In this document: positions 31,892 through 33,837 of the stretch, piece after piece
Layout: every line of letters starts with the position of its first letter
Position numbering within the stretch: the stretch's first letter is position 1
Origin: Mitosporidium daphniae
Lineage: Eukaryota
NCBI RefSeq assembly: GCF_000760515.2
Contig: NW_013546312.1
Location: 1 to 33,837, forward strand
Direction: 5' to 3'
Length of the DNA: 33,837 nt
Program-made: the position numbers and the translations under genes
The notes under the pieces: model-generated
Told to the model about the DNA's origin: nothing
The model's database searches: none
What the model saw: only the letters and a program-made list of their open reading frames with translations

Positions 31892-33380
31892 TTAAGCAAA
31901 AAGTGCCCCCGTTGCCCTTGGGAATAAAATTGCATCCCTGATGTTTGGGATTCTCAAAAACCATTGAACCAAGCGATCAAAGCCAATACCGAAGCCGCCA
32001 TGGGGCACACTTCCGTATTTCCTGGTATCAAGATACCATTGCAACGGCTGTTGATTTATTCCAAGCTTTGCTATGGTTTCGTGTAGAACATTCAACGAAT
32101 CCTCTCTAATGGAGCCGCCGGCAAGCTCCCCAACGCCCTTGACAATCAGGTCAAAGTTTAATACGATATTTGAGTTTCTCTTCATATAAAATGGCTTTCC
32201 ATGTTCTGGATATTCCTTAATAAAGATCCCAATAACCTGGGGGTTCTTTAGAATCATAAAATCCAATAGCGCCTGCTCCTGCTCAAAACTCAGGCTGTCT
32301 CCCCATTTTATAGGCACGCTCGCGCCAGCTTCTTCTTTAAGATTGGATAAGATTTCGATCGCCTGAGAGTAACAAATAATTTCGAAAACACCATGTTCTA
32401 AAGCGAGCAAATGTTCCAGGTCATCTTTGCTTTGATCAAATACTTTTGAACTCAACAATGTCTTTGCACTGGTCTTAACTGATCTTTGTATGATATCAGC
32501 CAAGATTTCAATTGAATCAACAAACGACGCCTCCGCCTCCAACATCCAAAATTCAGCAAGATGGCGACTTGTATCGGAAGACTCCGCCCTGAATGCAGGA
32601 GAAAGCGTCCACACGCGATTTAGTGATCCGACTGCAGCAGCTTCCAAATGCAATTGAGACGAAACAGTTAAAAAGACTTCGTTTGGCCCAAATATTTTGG
32701 GAGTCATCGAAAACACAGCAGAGCCACCTTCACAATTGGAAGATGTCGAAAGCGGAGGATGGAAGTAATGGAAGCCCTCGTTATGGAAAAAATCGGAAAG
32801 AGATTTGTGTAAAATAGACCGAGTGTGCAGCATTTTCTGGAATTTAGAACTCCTGCATCGAAGATGAGGTATGGATCTCAAAAACTCGTTTGTATGTATT
32901 TTCTTTTGAAGAGGATAATCCTAAAAGATAAATGCACAAAGAAATACAACGCAGCGCAACGCAACGCAGCGCAACGCAACGCAACGCAGCGTAATACAAT
33001 ACAACGTAACGTAACGCAACGCAGCGTAATACAATACAACGCAACGCAATATAATCGAAATAAGGGCAGAAATGACGGAATCCTAAAACACTTACTTGGG
33101 GCGGTGAAGCGCCAATCACTGAAATAGAGCTTGCATGCACTTCCGATTTACATGGTGCCAATGTTTTAAGAATTCCACAAACCTCAACAGAAGACCCGGT
33201 ATGGATGTTCTTTGCCAACGAAGGCCGATCGACAACAATTTGCATTGACGAATATCCATCATGCATTTGCAAAAATGCAACATTTTTGTGTATTCTAACC
33301 GTCTGCACCCAGCCCTTGATGACCACAGAGGACGAGCTAAAACAGCGACTCGACAATAAATTGCTGCAATAAACAACCAT
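31892..33380 (-). CDS. SLM5: Mitochondrial asparaginyl-tRNA synthetase
   Basis: Presequence, OB-fold (GWVQTVR...DG), DYPLQKK...FLRSIPHLR, LTVSSQLHLE, FRAE...RHLAEFWMLE, PHGGFGIGFDR; one 175-nt intron 32921-33095. Confidence 0.93.
32943..33052. repeat. Intronic degenerate pentanucleotide microsatellite, 22 units
   Basis: Phased units AACGC/AGCGC/AACGT/AGCGT/AATAC/AATAT. Confidence 0.95.
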
Positions 33381-33437
33381 GACGGCGCAAACGATGGATA
33401 AATTCTTTTAAATTTTTATTTCTCTAAATTCAAGTAA

Positions 33438-33833
33438 TTAGCAGCTGGAAGAAGATGAAGATGAAGAATGGCTGCATGGCTTGCATGGCTTGCATGGCTT
33501 GCATCCATTGATAACAGTAACTTGATATGTTATGCTTGATCCAGTATCGAGGTCGGTGATAGAAATTTCGTTGTAACCAAGATTGACTTTTGGGGAAATA
33601 TAGAGCGAAAATGCGTTGTAACCAATATGGATTTCAAGCTTGTCTTTAATAAGCCTCTTGTTCAAACTGACTATTGCTGTACCAGGCAAAGTAGAAGCGA
33701 AATTGACTGTTAAGTGGTTGCATGTAGCAATAATTGTTCCAGGAGCTGGACTCACTGGATTAAGGATTGCCAAGGCATAGTTAGCAAAAAGAGCAAAAAG
33801 AAGTGCAATAAGGATAGAGTATTTGAATACCAT
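33438..33833 (-). CDS. Small secreted protein with Cys/Lys/Pro repeat and poly-Ser tail
   Basis: Signal peptide MVFKYSILIALLFALFANYALA; beta-rich body; tail GCKPCKPCKPCSHSSSSSSSSC; intronless. Confidence 0.85.
   Translation of the reverse strand: MVFKYSILIALLFALFANYALAILNPVSPAPGTIIATCNHLTVNFASTLPGTAIVSLNKRLIKDKLEIHIGYNAFSLYISPKVNLGYNEISITDLDTGSSITYQVTVINGCKPCKPCKPCSHSSSSSSSSC
33473..33504 (-). repeat. 9-nt coding repeat, about 3.5 copies (KPC)
   Basis: TGCATGGCT x3 plus TGCAT on the + strand. Confidence 0.9.
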
Positions 33834-33837
33834 TTGC

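Noticed and set aside
32825..33127. ORF with NAAQR/NATQR peptide repeats
   Set aside because: It is the antisense translation of the intronic microsatellite.

Overview
Gene-dense eukaryotic nuclear DNA. It holds about 29 protein genes and one initiator tRNA-Met in 33.8 kb, with many tiny GT-AG introns (mostly 24-35 nt) and intergenic gaps often under 120 nt. The genes are fungal/opisthokont housekeeping types (GYP1, NOP8-like, VMA7, SSS1, TRAP-alpha, PRO3, GET4, VOA1-like, SYF2, PPM1, RAD9-like, RNPS1-like, Kish, TAN1, TCP1, SEC21) plus several mitochondrial genes (CCDC90/MCUR1-like, TPC1-like carrier, DUF4460/TCAIM-like, mito AsnRS). By inference this is a compacted early-diverging fungal parasite that still has a respiring mitochondrion (Rozellomycota or basal microsporidian, Mitosporidium-like). 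Manual splicing reveals three genes absent from the ORF track: a secreted protein running off the left edge, an N-terminally reduced ATP synthase subunit f, and a degenerate SDHAF4/Sdh8-like gene. The most notable items are an intronless signal-peptide protein kinase plus three other secreted orphans (candidate effectors), a 56-nt intron made of two back-to-back 28-nt GT-AG units (candidate recursive splicing) inside an archaeal/plant-type cofactor-independent phosphoglycerate mutase, a microsatellite-expanded 175-nt intron, and an initiator tRNA with G30-U40 and C64. No CRISPR array, rRNA or mobile element was seen. All homology calls are from motif recognition by eye; no database search was run.
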